Assembly: GCA_023269235.1 (NCBI GenBank)
Contig: JAHFTW010000002.1
Span: forward strand, 119,294 to 183,293
Reading direction: 5' to 3'
Length of the DNA stretch: 64,000 nucleotides
Source of the DNA: Thermoplasmata archaeon
GTDB lineage: Archaea; Thermoplasmatota; E2; JACPAO01; JAHFTW01
Each line of letters begins with the position of its first letter. Position 1 is the stretch's first letter. The notes under the pieces are model-generated. The model ran no database searches, was not told where the DNA came from, and was given only the letters and a program-made list of their open reading frames with translations. The position numbers were made by a program, and so were the translations under genes. This document shows, piece after piece, positions 36,186 through 44,728 of this stretch.

Positions 36186-38402
36186 GTGGCGGAGTGCATC
36201 CCGACCTCGGACCTGCCGTGCCGGGCGAATCTTGACTTGATGCCGGCGGGCACGCCGCTCTGGATGTACGCCCTCACCGCCCTCGCGTTCCTCGTCTTCG
36301 CGTACGGCGTCTACGAGATGGTGAAGGTCTGGCGTCTAGGCAAGGCGTGGAAGCCGGGCGACTGGAAGGTCGGCCTGAAGCGCCTCATCGTGGGACTCGC
36401 CTCCCACCGCAAGTTCCGCCAGGACAAGAAGCCGGGCACGATGCACGCCTGGATCTTCTTCGGGTTCGTGATGCTGTTCATCGGCACCACCATCGTCGCC
36501 ATTGACTACGACCTGTTCGAGCACATCCTTGGCTCCAAGCTCCTCATCGGGAGCAAGTATCTCCTCTTCGAGGCCGTCCTTGACCTGTTCGGCGTCGTCT
36601 TCCTCGCCGGCCTCACGGTCGCCTTCCTTCGCCGCGCCCGCAACCGTCCTGCCCACCTGCACGACACCAAGGTTCCTGAGGCGCGTGGTCTCCTCGGCAA
36701 GCTCGACGCAGACGCGGTCGCGCTCCAGTCGCTGTTCCTCATCGGCATCACCGGGTTCTTGCTCGAGGCGCTGCGTCTGCGCTACCAGGTCCTGCACGAC
36801 GGCATCACGTACGCGAGCTGGAGCTTCGTCGGCAACACCCTCGGCCTCCTGTTCAAAGGCTGGTCGCAGCAGCAGCTCCTCGGCATCTATCCGTATCTGT
36901 GGTACACGCACTTCCTGCTCTGGTCCACGGTGCTCGCCATCCTCCCCTGGACAAAGCTCAAGCACATCGTCACGAGCAGCCTGAACCTGTACTTCCACGA
37001 CCCGAAGCGCCAGAGCCTGCCGCAGCTTCCGACGCCGTTCTCGCTCCAGAAGGTCCTCGAGTCCGGAACGACCGACATCCCGAGCGTCGGGTATGCGACG
37101 ATTCGCGACCTGACGTGGAAGGACCGTCTCAGCCTCGACGCCTGCACCAACTGCGGCCGCTGCGAGGCGCAATGCCCCGCCCACGCCGCGGGCCGTCCCC
37201 TGTCGCCGCGCAAACTCATCCAGGATCTCAAGGCGGAGATGTGGAACGACTACCGCGCTGGGAATGGCAAGGCCGACCACCAACCGCGCAAACTGGCTCA
37301 GGCGGACGGTGTCGGCGCCGCGCTCTCGGAGGCGACTCTCTGGAGCTGCACGACCTGCCGCGCCTGCGTCACCGCGTGCCCCGTGGACATCGAGCACGTG
37401 GACCTCATCACGGAGATGCGGCGCGGCCTCGTCATGGAGTCGCGCCTCGACGAACACCAGCAGAAACTGCTCGTCAACCTCACCAACGCCGGCAACCCGT
37501 ACGGCTTCCCGGCCTCGGACCGCCCGAACTGGATGGCCCAACTGCCCCCCGGCGTCGTCGTGCCCACGGCCGCCGAGAAAGTCGCCGCGGGCCAATCGTT
37601 CGAGTACCTCTGGTGGGTCGGCTGCTCCGGCTCCTATGACCCGCGCAACCAGCAAGTGACGCGCTCCATCGCGACACTGCTCAACGCCGCCAAAGTGGAT
37701 TTCGCCATCCTCGGCGCGGAGGAGCGCTGCAACGGCGACCCCGCGCGCCGCCTCGGCGAGGAGGGCCGCTTCCAGCAGTCCGTCATGGAGAACCTCGCAG
37801 TGCTCCAGAAGTACAACGTGACGAAGGTCATCGCGCAGTGCCCACACTGCTTCAACACGCTGCGCAACGAGTACCCCGAGTTCGGCGCCAAGCTGGAGGT
37901 CGTCCACCACACGCAGCTCCTGGAGCAACTGCTGGAGGCCAAGCGCATTCCGCTCAAGGACGGCAAGCCGCTCGCGGTCACGTACCACGACTCGTGCTAC
38001 CTCATGCGACACAACGGCGTGGCCGACGCGCCGCGCAACGTCCTCAAGCAGGCCAACAACGGCCTCCCCGTGCTGGAGATGGCGCAGAACCGCGAGCAGG
38101 GCCTGTGCTGCGGCGCTGGCGGCTCGAACATGTGGTTCGAGGTCAAGCAAGAGACGGAGCGCATCAACGTGATTCGCGCCAAGCAGGCCATCGCCACCGG
38201 CGCCGACACGGTTGCCACCGCCTGCCCGTTCTGCCTTACCATGATGAGCGACGGCCTCAGCCTCACCGGCCAAGAGGGCAAGATGATGGCGCGCGACCTG
38301 GCCGAGATCGTCGCGGATCACCTGGACTGGACTCCCCCTGCGCCTCCTGCCCCGCCCGCGTCGGCTCCCGTCGAGGCCGCGTCCGGCGGATGGTCTGGAT
38401 AA
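36186..38402 (+). CDS. Fused membrane cytochrome-b-like (HdrE/NarI/DsrM-like) + HdrD-like Fe-S oxidoreductase: 2x[4Fe-4S] ferredoxin motifs + 2 CCG domains. Candidate Etf:quinone oxidoreductase.
   Basis: N-terminal 5-6 TM helices with conserved His. CTNCGRCEAQCP and CTTCRACVTACP. CCG motifs CPHCFNTLRNEY... and ...CCGAGG.../CPFC. Confidence 0.75.
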   Translation: MAECIPTSDLPCRANLDLMPAGTPLWMYALTALAFLVFAYGVYEMVKVWRLGKAWKPGDWKVGLKRLIVGLASHRKFRQDKKPGTMHAWIFFGFVMLFIGTTIVAIDYDLFEHILGSKLLIGSKYLLFEAVLDLFGVVFLAGLTVAFLRRARNRPAHLHDTKVPEARGLLGKLDADAVALQSLFLIGITGFLLEALRLRYQVLHDGITYASWSFVGNTLGLLFKGWSQQQLLGIYPYLWYTHFLLWSTVLAILPWTKLKHIVTSSLNLYFHDPKRQSLPQLPTPFSLQKVLESGTTDIPSVGYATIRDLTWKDRLSLDACTNCGRCEAQCPAHAAGRPLSPRKLIQDLKAEMWNDYRAGNGKADHQPRKLAQADGVGAALSEATLWSCTTCRACVTACPVDIEHVDLITEMRRGLVMESRLDEHQQKLLVNLTNAGNPYGFPASDRPNWMAQLPPGVVVPTAAEKVAAGQSFEYLWWVGCSGSYDPRNQQVTRSIATLLNAAKVDFAILGAEERCNGDPARRLGEEGRFQQSVMENLAVLQKYNVTKVIAQCPHCFNTLRNEYPEFGAKLEVVHHTQLLEQLLEAKRIPLKDGKPLAVTYHDSCYLMRHNGVADAPRNVLKQANNGLPVLEMAQNREQGLCCGAGGSNMWFEVKQETERINVIRAKQAIATGADTVATACPFCLTMMSDGLSLTGQEGKMMARDLAEIVADHLDWTPPAPPAPPASAPVEAASGGWSG

Positions 38403-38476
38403 AACGGCCCTTTTCGTTGGGGGTTTGCAGGAAACGGCCAGAGGGTTTATCGGCCCAGGATGCCCAAGCTGACCTG

Positions 38477-39799
38477 ATGCGTCCGCTGACCGTGCTGCCT
38501 CTCATTCTGGGCTTGGCCTTGGCTCTCCCGCTCGCCTCGCCGACGGTGGCCGCCGCGTCCACGCCGACGACGCTCTACTTCCACCTCTTCGACACGTTCA
38601 CGGCGTTCCCCATCAACACGCAGCCGCCGAAGGTCTCCTTCTTCGAGGTGGGCGGCACCAGCTTTCCCACCATCGCGAGCCAGGGGTTCCAGTTCAACAC
38701 GGTGCGCGGCTTCGCGACGCCCGGCCCCGTCGAATACGACTTCATCGAGTCGGGCCGGCCGCGCTTCCATTTCGAGCATGGCATCGCCGCCCCCGTCCAG
38801 CTTGACCGGGCGGCCGGCGCGACGGCCTACCTCTACCTCGACGTGCGCGACCTCACCGGCCTCGGCAACGCCCCGAACGCGCTGCCCAGCTTCACCTTCC
38901 ACGTCGCGATGCGAGAGGGCAACGACCTCGGGAACGACGCCCTGCTCGATGGCGGTGCCCTCATCCTGGAGAACTCCATGACCGCCCACGTCGTGGATGC
39001 GACGGCGTGCGTCCCCGACCCCACCACGGACAACCTGGACCCGCTCGTGTGCCAGAGCCTGAACGACGTCCTGCGCGGCCAGGCGTCCCCCGACGGAACC
39101 CCGATTCTTGTGCCGGACGCCGACGGCGTTGTCGAGTTCGCCCTCCCGCTCGACATCGCCTCCGCGACCATCCCGAAGAGCGCCTACAACGTGCGCGTGG
39201 ACTGGTGGCAGAACCCGACAGGAGACGCCCAGCAGGACGGCCAACTCGCCGAGGGCTTCGTCCGCCTCGTCTCCGATGCGACTCACCACCCGCGCATCCA
39301 GCTCAGCGTGCTCAACCCCGTGTACATCGAGTACATCCATCCCGAGGTGGCCGCCGGCATCCTGCTCATCCACACCGCCGTCAACTCCCCGTTCGGGACC
39401 TACGACGTGGACGTGCGCAACATGACCGTCAGCGTCACCGGGCCCAGCACACCGGCCAAGCTGCAACAGGTCGTGAGCCAAGGCGCCCACGTGCACAATC
39501 TGCACGACAAGCCCGCCGAGGTGACCTGGCTGTGGCGGTACCGCGAAGAGGGCGCCAAGCTCGGCGACTACAAAGTCGAGCTCAAGGTCCCCAACCTCGC
39601 GGGCACCGCCACCATCGTGGACAGCGCCGGCTTCACCGTGCAGGCCGACAAGGCGTTCGGCGTGGACCAGAACGGCAACGTCGTCACCAACACGAACGCC
39701 CCCACCGACTCCAAGAGCTCTCCCGCCGCCGGCATCCTGGTCGTGGCCGTGCTCGCCGGATGCGCCCTGCTTGCCCGCCGCAAAGGGGGCCCCGCATGA
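38477..39799 (+). CDS. Secreted cell-surface protein with C-terminal TM anchor (…VLAGCALLARRKGGPA)
   Basis: Signal peptide MRPLTVLPLILGLALALPLASP. About 410-aa beta-rich ectodomain. C-terminal hydrophobic helix followed by basic residues. In frame within ORF 37838..39799. Confidence 0.55.
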   Translation: MRPLTVLPLILGLALALPLASPTVAAASTPTTLYFHLFDTFTAFPINTQPPKVSFFEVGGTSFPTIASQGFQFNTVRGFATPGPVEYDFIESGRPRFHFEHGIAAPVQLDRAAGATAYLYLDVRDLTGLGNAPNALPSFTFHVAMREGNDLGNDALLDGGALILENSMTAHVVDATACVPDPTTDNLDPLVCQSLNDVLRGQASPDGTPILVPDADGVVEFALPLDIASATIPKSAYNVRVDWWQNPTGDAQQDGQLAEGFVRLVSDATHHPRIQLSVLNPVYIEYIHPEVAAGILLIHTAVNSPFGTYDVDVRNMTVSVTGPSTPAKLQQVVSQGAHVHNLHDKPAEVTWLWRYREEGAKLGDYKVELKVPNLAGTATIVDSAGFTVQADKAFGVDQNGNVVTNTNAPTDSKSSPAAGILVVAVLAGCALLARRKGGPA

Positions 39800-40677
39800 G
39801 CCGCCTCCTGGTCGTGGCACTCCTCGCCGGGATGCTCCTCGCCGGGTGCGGGAGCCCCGACAACCCCCAGGCAACCAACGGCAGCCAACCGCCCATCGAG
39901 GCCGGCAAGGGCGCCATCAGCGGCCTCCTCATCGACGACGTGTACCGCCCCATCGCGAAGGCGCTCATCCTCGTCCAGGGCGCCGGCCTCACCGCCACCA
40001 CCGACGACGCCGGCCAGTTCACCCTCCTCAACCTCAACCCCGGCGCCTACATCCTCGTGATGCAGGCCGACGGCTTCGAGGCCGCGCCCAAGAACGTGGA
40101 CGTCAAGGAGGGCCTCTACAATCCCGTGGAGTACCAGGCCCGCCGCATCGTCAACCAGGGCAGCCAGATCCTCACGGAAGAATACTCGGTCTTCATCCCC
40201 TGCACGTTCGCCGTGCCCGTGGCGGGCTGGGTGACGTTCAACTGCGTTCTGGACCTGTCCGGCGACTCCTTCCGCTCCAGCACCGACCCGCTCAACTACA
40301 GCGCGTTCCCGGATCTGACCTATCTCGTGGCCGAGGCCAAGATGAACCGCGTGGGCAGCTACAACTTCGTCGTGCGTCCCCCCGGTTCAGACGTCAACGG
40401 CACCTCCTACGGGGACGCCGTCGTGCAGGACACGGACTACGCAAAGGTCATCCTGAAGAAGAACGAGTTGAACCCGGGCGGGAACATCCCGTGGTACAAC
40501 CACAAGACGCTCGAGGCCGCCCTCTTCGTGAGCGGCCAGATCCCCGTCAGCCCTGACCCGGGTTTCCCCAACGGCGGCCCTGGCCTGGGGGCCAACGTCG
40601 CCGTGCGGGCGACCATCATCGTGTCGGTCTTCCTCGGCCTGCCGACGGTGGACGTCGAGAGTTATCACCTCCTGTAG
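39796..40677 (+). CDS. Lipoprotein with carboxypeptidase-regulatory-like (CarD-like) beta-sandwich domain
   Basis: Lipobox LLAGC. ISGLLIDDVYRPIAKALILVQGAGLTATTDDAGQFTLLNLNPGAYILVMQADGFE (CarboxypepD_reg-like). ATGA overlap with the upstream gene. Confidence 0.6.
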   Translation: MSRLLVVALLAGMLLAGCGSPDNPQATNGSQPPIEAGKGAISGLLIDDVYRPIAKALILVQGAGLTATTDDAGQFTLLNLNPGAYILVMQADGFEAAPKNVDVKEGLYNPVEYQARRIVNQGSQILTEEYSVFIPCTFAVPVAGWVTFNCVLDLSGDSFRSSTDPLNYSAFPDLTYLVAEAKMNRVGSYNFVVRPPGSDVNGTSYGDAVVQDTDYAKVILKKNELNPGGNIPWYNHKTLEAALFVSGQIPVSPDPGFPNGGPGLGANVAVRATIIVSVFLGLPTVDVESYHLL

Positions 40678-40793
40678 GACCGCCCCCGCGGCGGCGCCAG
40701 GTTCAAAGACCCCCCGGAAGTCGGCCGGTCGTCAAGGGGGACCGGGACACATCGGCCCGGCAGGCAATGCCACCCCGGGCACCGGCGCGTTCC

Positions 40794-40866
40794 GGGGAGA
40801 TACCAAAGCGGCTATGGGCGGGACTGCAGATCCCGTTTTACGGGGGTTCGAATCCCTCTCTCCCCT
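40794..40866 (+). tRNA. tRNA-Cys (anticodon GCA)
   Basis: Acceptor GGGGAGA/TCTCCCC. Anticodon stem CGGGA/TCCCG with loop CTGCAGA. T arm GGGGG-TTCGAAT-CCCTC. Discriminator U (Cys identity element). D arm is irregular. Confidence 0.6.
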
Positions 40867-40871
40867 CTGCC

Positions 40872-41681
40872 ATGCTTGGCCAATGCCGCACCCATGGATA
40901 CTACCGCGGGGAGTCGTGCCCCCTCTGCGACCAGCCTGGTCGTCTCCTGATGAAGGACTTCGAGATTGACCGCGTCGGCCGCATGATGGCCGGCATCCTG
41001 CGCCATTTCCCGGAGCGCTTCGGCCTCCAGATGGACGGCCGCGGCTGGGTGGACCTCGACGGCTTCGTCGCCTCCATCCAGCAGAGCCGCGACAACTACC
41101 GCCGCTGGCTGCGCCGCGAGCACATCGAGGCCCTCGTCGAGACCGACGAGAAAGGCCGCTACCAGATCGACGGCGGCATGGTGCGCGCCACCTACGCCCA
41201 CTCCGTCAAGGTCAACCTCGACGACCTGCCCGAGTGCACCCTGGAGACCCTCTACTTCCCTGTCAGCGAAGAGGAGATGGACTTGGTCCTCGAGACCGGC
41301 CTGCGCCCGTCGGACCGCGACAAGATCCACCTCTCCAGCACGCCCGACAAGGCGTACTCGGCCGGGCGCGTCCACATCGCGGACCCCATCCTGCTCGCCA
41401 TCAACGTCAAGAAGGCCTCGGACGCGGGGAACTTCATCTTCCGCGCCGGAAAGACCGTCTACATCACGGACGCCGTCGAGCCCGAGCACCTCAGCAAGTT
41501 CGACGACGCCGAGGCCATGGCCAAACTCCAGGAGGAGTTCGGCACCTCGAAGTCCGACGACGAGAAGAAGGCCCGCGAAGACGCTGCGCGCAAGGAGGAA
41601 GACGCCAAGATGGCGGCGCGCAGCGAGGAAGAGGGCGGCCCCGCGAAGGCCGACTCCGACGACGACGCGGACGACGAATAG
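40872..41681 (+). CDS. kptA: RNA 2'-phosphotransferase KptA/Tpt1 with possible N-terminal Zn-ribbon extension and acidic/Lys-rich C-terminal tail
   Basis: KDFEIDRVGRMMAGILRHFPERFGLQMDGRGWVDL matches the Tpt1 core. CRTHGYYRGESCPLCDQ lies upstream, in frame. Alternative start MKDFEID (40950). Confidence 0.75.
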   Translation: MLGQCRTHGYYRGESCPLCDQPGRLLMKDFEIDRVGRMMAGILRHFPERFGLQMDGRGWVDLDGFVASIQQSRDNYRRWLRREHIEALVETDEKGRYQIDGGMVRATYAHSVKVNLDDLPECTLETLYFPVSEEEMDLVLETGLRPSDRDKIHLSSTPDKAYSAGRVHIADPILLAINVKKASDAGNFIFRAGKTVYITDAVEPEHLSKFDDAEAMAKLQEEFGTSKSDDEKKAREDAARKEEDAKMAARSEEEGGPAKADSDDDADDE

Positions 41682-41760
41682 AATCCCCTTCTGGCGAACC
41701 GCCGGCGCGACCCTAGCCCTTATCTAGAAGTCGTTTGTCGCGCGGTTCGCCGCAAGGCAT

Positions 41761-41836
41761 GGGCGATTAGCCGAGACAGGTAAATGGCAGCGGACTCTTA
41801 ATCCGCTATCCACCGGTTCGAATCCGGTATCGCCCG
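41761..41836 (+). tRNA. tRNA-Lys (anticodon CTT)
   Basis: Acceptor GGGCGAT/ATCGCCC. D stem GCCG/TGGC. Anticodon stem GCGGA/TCCGC with loop CTCTTAA. T arm ACCGG-TTCGAAT-CCGGT. Discriminator G. Confidence 0.8.
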
Positions 41837-41991
41837 CTCGCACAAGTGCGAGCTGCCGAGCGCCACGAGCGCTTGTGCGCTCGTGGCTATCGCCCGCTCA
41901 TTCGCTCACGCACGAAGCGGCCGAGCGCCTGGAGCCGCCGTCGCGCCGCTCCTCTGCTCCCGGCTATCGCCCGCCAGGGGCCCGCCCCTGG
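41828..41991 (+). repeat. Three tandem copies of the tRNA-Lys 3' acceptor segment (TATCGCCCGC), each followed by a GC-rich hairpin
   Basis: Copies at 41828, 41888 and 41965. Hairpins ctcgcacaagtgcgag, gccacgagcgcttgtgcgctcgtggc and ccaggggcccgcccctgg. Confidence 0.6.
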
Positions 41992-43193
41992 ACCCCATTG
42001 TATTTGTGGGCGAACAGGCACGCGGCGTCGTGGCCTTCACGAAGACCGAGCGCGGCCTCATCGCGGGCGCGTCGTTCCTGGTGTTCACCCGCGTCTTCGC
42101 GTTCAGCCTCACCACGCTGGGGTTCACGGAGTACGCGCGCGGCCTCGTCCCCGCCGGCACTGATGCGGCCACGGCGAGCCTGTGGGCCGGCGTCGCGTTG
42201 GGCGCCTACGGAGTCACGATGGCCCTCGCCCAGCTCGCCGCGGGCTGGCTCTCCGACCGCGTCGGCCGCCGCACCGTCCTCCTGGGCGGTTCCCTGCTGT
42301 TCGTGCTGGGGGGCGTCCTCTGTGCGACCGCCACTACGGTTCCCTTCCTCGTCCTCGGCCGCCTCGTCGCGGGTCTCGGCGGGGTGTCGAGCGTCGCGAT
42401 GGCCGCCGTCGGCGAGACCGTCCCCGACGAGCGCCGCACGCGCGCCATGGCGATGGTGGGTGTCCCCGCCGGCCTCGGCGTCTTCCTCGGCTTCATCGTC
42501 GGCCCCCCCGTCGCGGCCGCGTTCGGGTTCACGACCCTGTTCTGGTGCACGGCGGCCCTCGGCCTGCTGGCGGCCCTCCCGTCGATGCGCGCGATGCCCG
42601 CCCCACTGCCCGGCCTCGCCACGCCGAACCGCAGCTTGAGCGCCCCGGTTCTCGCCCTCGGGCTGGCGGGCTTCAGCATCAACTTCGCCATGAACACCGT
42701 CATGTTCGACTTCCAGAGCGGCGTCCTCACACGCATCGGGGAGACCGCCCTGGCGCTCATCCTGGTCGCGGCCCTCGTCATCATGGGTGGCATCAGCCGC
42801 CGCATGGACAAAGGCGGCCTGGCCCACGTCGCCATCGCCTCCGCACTGGCCCTGCTCGCCCTCGCGGCGCCGACGTTCCGGCTCGCGGGCACCTGGTGGA
42901 TCGTGGTGGCGGCCGGCGTGGCCTTCTTCGCCGCCCACGCCACCCTCTCCGCCGTCCTGCCGAGCCAGGTGAGCCGCCTCGCCGGCCGTTCCGGAGGCCT
43001 CGGCCACGGCATCCAGCTCGTGATGGCCTACTTGGGCTCCGCCGTGGGTGGCCTCGTCGCCGGCCGCTTCGCGGGCGGCCTCGCCCCCGCCTTCGAGGGG
43101 CTCGCGGTCCTCGCCGGCCTCGCCGCCGTCCTGGCCCTCCGGACCCTGGCCCGCCGGGAACCGTCCCCCGCGAGCGCGGTTCCCCAACCTTGA
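41883..43193 (+). CDS. MFS transporter. True start probably about 42006 (GTG).
   Basis: Twelve TM helices. WLSDRVGRRTVLLGGS (MFS motif A-like). The ATG at 41883 lies in the repeat array. Confidence 0.75.
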   Translation: MAIARSFAHARSGRAPGAAVAPLLCSRLSPARGPPLDPIVFVGEQARGVVAFTKTERGLIAGASFLVFTRVFAFSLTTLGFTEYARGLVPAGTDAATASLWAGVALGAYGVTMALAQLAAGWLSDRVGRRTVLLGGSLLFVLGGVLCATATTVPFLVLGRLVAGLGGVSSVAMAAVGETVPDERRTRAMAMVGVPAGLGVFLGFIVGPPVAAAFGFTTLFWCTAALGLLAALPSMRAMPAPLPGLATPNRSLSAPVLALGLAGFSINFAMNTVMFDFQSGVLTRIGETALALILVAALVIMGGISRRMDKGGLAHVAIASALALLALAAPTFRLAGTWWIVVAAGVAFFAAHATLSAVLPSQVSRLAGRSGGLGHGIQLVMAYLGSAVGGLVAGRFAGGLAPAFEGLAVLAGLAAVLALRTLARREPSPASAVPQP

Positions 43194-43218
43194 AATCAAC
43201 GGGGGACTGGACCCGGCC

Positions 43219-43827
43219 ATGGAGCAGCGCATTCCCCTGCTGCGGCGCCTCGGACTGCTCAGCGTGGGCCTGACCATCCTCCTCATGGTGCTGGGTGCCT
43301 GGGTGAAGGCCAACGGGGCCGGACTCTCCTGCCCGGACTGGCCTGCCTGCTACGGCAAGCTCCTCCCCCCGTTCCCGAGCTACGAGAACGGCGGAACCTG
43401 GCACGGCCAGCCCGTCCTCTACTCACAGGCCCAGGAGCTCTACGAGTGGGGCCACCGCGCCGTCGTGAGCCTACTGTTTGTCCCGCTCGCGGCCTTCGCC
43501 CTCGTCGCCGCGTTCGGCAAGACGCTGCGCCCTGCTCTGCGCTGGCTCCCGCTCGCGGCGCTCGGCCTCTACTTCTTCCAGGCCTTCCTTGGAGCCGTCA
43601 CCGTCCTGACGGGCAACCCGCCGTGGGCGACGACGTTCCACCTGGCCACCGCGGTCGCGTTCCTGACGACGCAGCTCGTCGCGACCTGCGCCGCCTACTT
43701 CGCGCCCACCGCCCCGACCCGCCTGGAGCCCACGACGCCGACGGCGGCCGCCCCCGGCCTGGTGCAGCCGCGCGCCTTCACCGGCTACACGTGGGCCGAC
43801 TCTCGCCCGCCGGAGAAGAATGGCTAG
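43219..43827 (+). CDS. ctaA: Heme A synthase (CtaA/COX15, short type)
   Basis: CPDWPAC motif. Conserved His in TM helices (EWGHR, TFHLA). Confidence 0.8.
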   Translation: MEQRIPLLRRLGLLSVGLTILLMVLGAWVKANGAGLSCPDWPACYGKLLPPFPSYENGGTWHGQPVLYSQAQELYEWGHRAVVSLLFVPLAAFALVAAFGKTLRPALRWLPLAALGLYFFQAFLGAVTVLTGNPPWATTFHLATAVAFLTTQLVATCAAYFAPTAPTRLEPTTPTAAAPGLVQPRAFTGYTWADSRPPEKNG

Positions 43828-44707
43828 CCGCGCCGCGGATCTCTGGGCCATCAGCAAGCCCCGCATCCTCTACCTCCTGCTCGTCGTGGCCTGGAGCGCC
43901 ATGTTCGTCGCCGCGCGCGGCTGGCCCGACGGGAAGGCCTTCCTGGCCGTCACGCTCGCCGGCGCCTTCTCGGTCGCCTCCTCGGGCGCCTTCAACCACG
44001 TCCTCGAGCGCCACCGCGACGCGCGCATGAAGCGCACCGCCGACCGCCCGGTCGCATCCGGCCGCCTCGCGGTCCGCCACGCGGTCGCGTACGGCCTCGT
44101 CACGGGCGCGCTCTCGTTCGCGAGCCTCGCTGTCCTCCAGCTCTGGGTCGCTGCGGCCCTCACCGTCGCGGCGATTCTCTACTACGTGGTCATCTACACG
44201 ATCCTCCTCAAGCCAGCGACGCCGCAGAACATCGTCATCGGCGGCCTCGCCGGCTCCTTCCCCGCCCTCATCGGCTGGGCCGCGCAGACCGGCGGCCTTG
44301 GCTGGCCCGCCGTGCTCCCGGCCCTCGTCCTCGCCCTGCTCGTCTTCCTCTGGACGCCTGCCCACTTCTGGGCGCTCGCGCTGCTGTACAAGGAGGACTA
44401 CGCCGCCGCGGAGTACCCGATGATGCCCAACGTGCGCGGCGAGACGAGCACGCGCCGCCAGGTCGTCGTGTACGCCATCCTCACCGCCCTGTGCAGCGGC
44501 GCGGTCCTGGTCGTCTACCGCGGCGGTTGGACCTACCTCGTCGCGGCCGCGGCGCTTGGAGCCTGGCTCGTGGCGCGCGCCGTGCGGATGCACCAGGCGC
44601 CCTCGCCGAAGGCGTACCGCTCGTTCTTCTTCCTCACCATTCAGTACCTCGGCCTCCTGCTGGTCGCCCTGATGGTGGACCAGGCGGGCCCGCGCCTTCC
44701 GTTCTGA
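43820..44707 (+). CDS. ctaB: Protoheme IX farnesyltransferase (heme O synthase, UbiA family)
   Basis: NHVLERHRDARMKRTADRPVASGR UbiA motif. 8-nt overlap with ctaA. Confidence 0.85.
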   Translation: MASRAADLWAISKPRILYLLLVVAWSAMFVAARGWPDGKAFLAVTLAGAFSVASSGAFNHVLERHRDARMKRTADRPVASGRLAVRHAVAYGLVTGALSFASLAVLQLWVAAALTVAAILYYVVIYTILLKPATPQNIVIGGLAGSFPALIGWAAQTGGLGWPAVLPALVLALLVFLWTPAHFWALALLYKEDYAAAEYPMMPNVRGETSTRRQVVVYAILTALCSGAVLVVYRGGWTYLVAAAALGAWLVARAVRMHQAPSPKAYRSFFFLTIQYLGLLLVALMVDQAGPRLPF

Positions 44708-44728
44708 AGCCTCGCCGCTTTTGAGGGG

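Noticed and set aside
36336-39874. Long minus ORFs (36336..38321, 38447..39874) antisense to the Hdr-like and surface-protein genes
   Set aside because: Forward-strand genes have clear Fe-S/CCG motifs and signal peptides. The antisense frames are artefacts.
41964-43313. 449-aa minus ORF antisense to the MFS transporter
   Set aside because: The MFS transporter has 12 TM helices and the motif-A loop. The antisense frame is G/E/R-rich.
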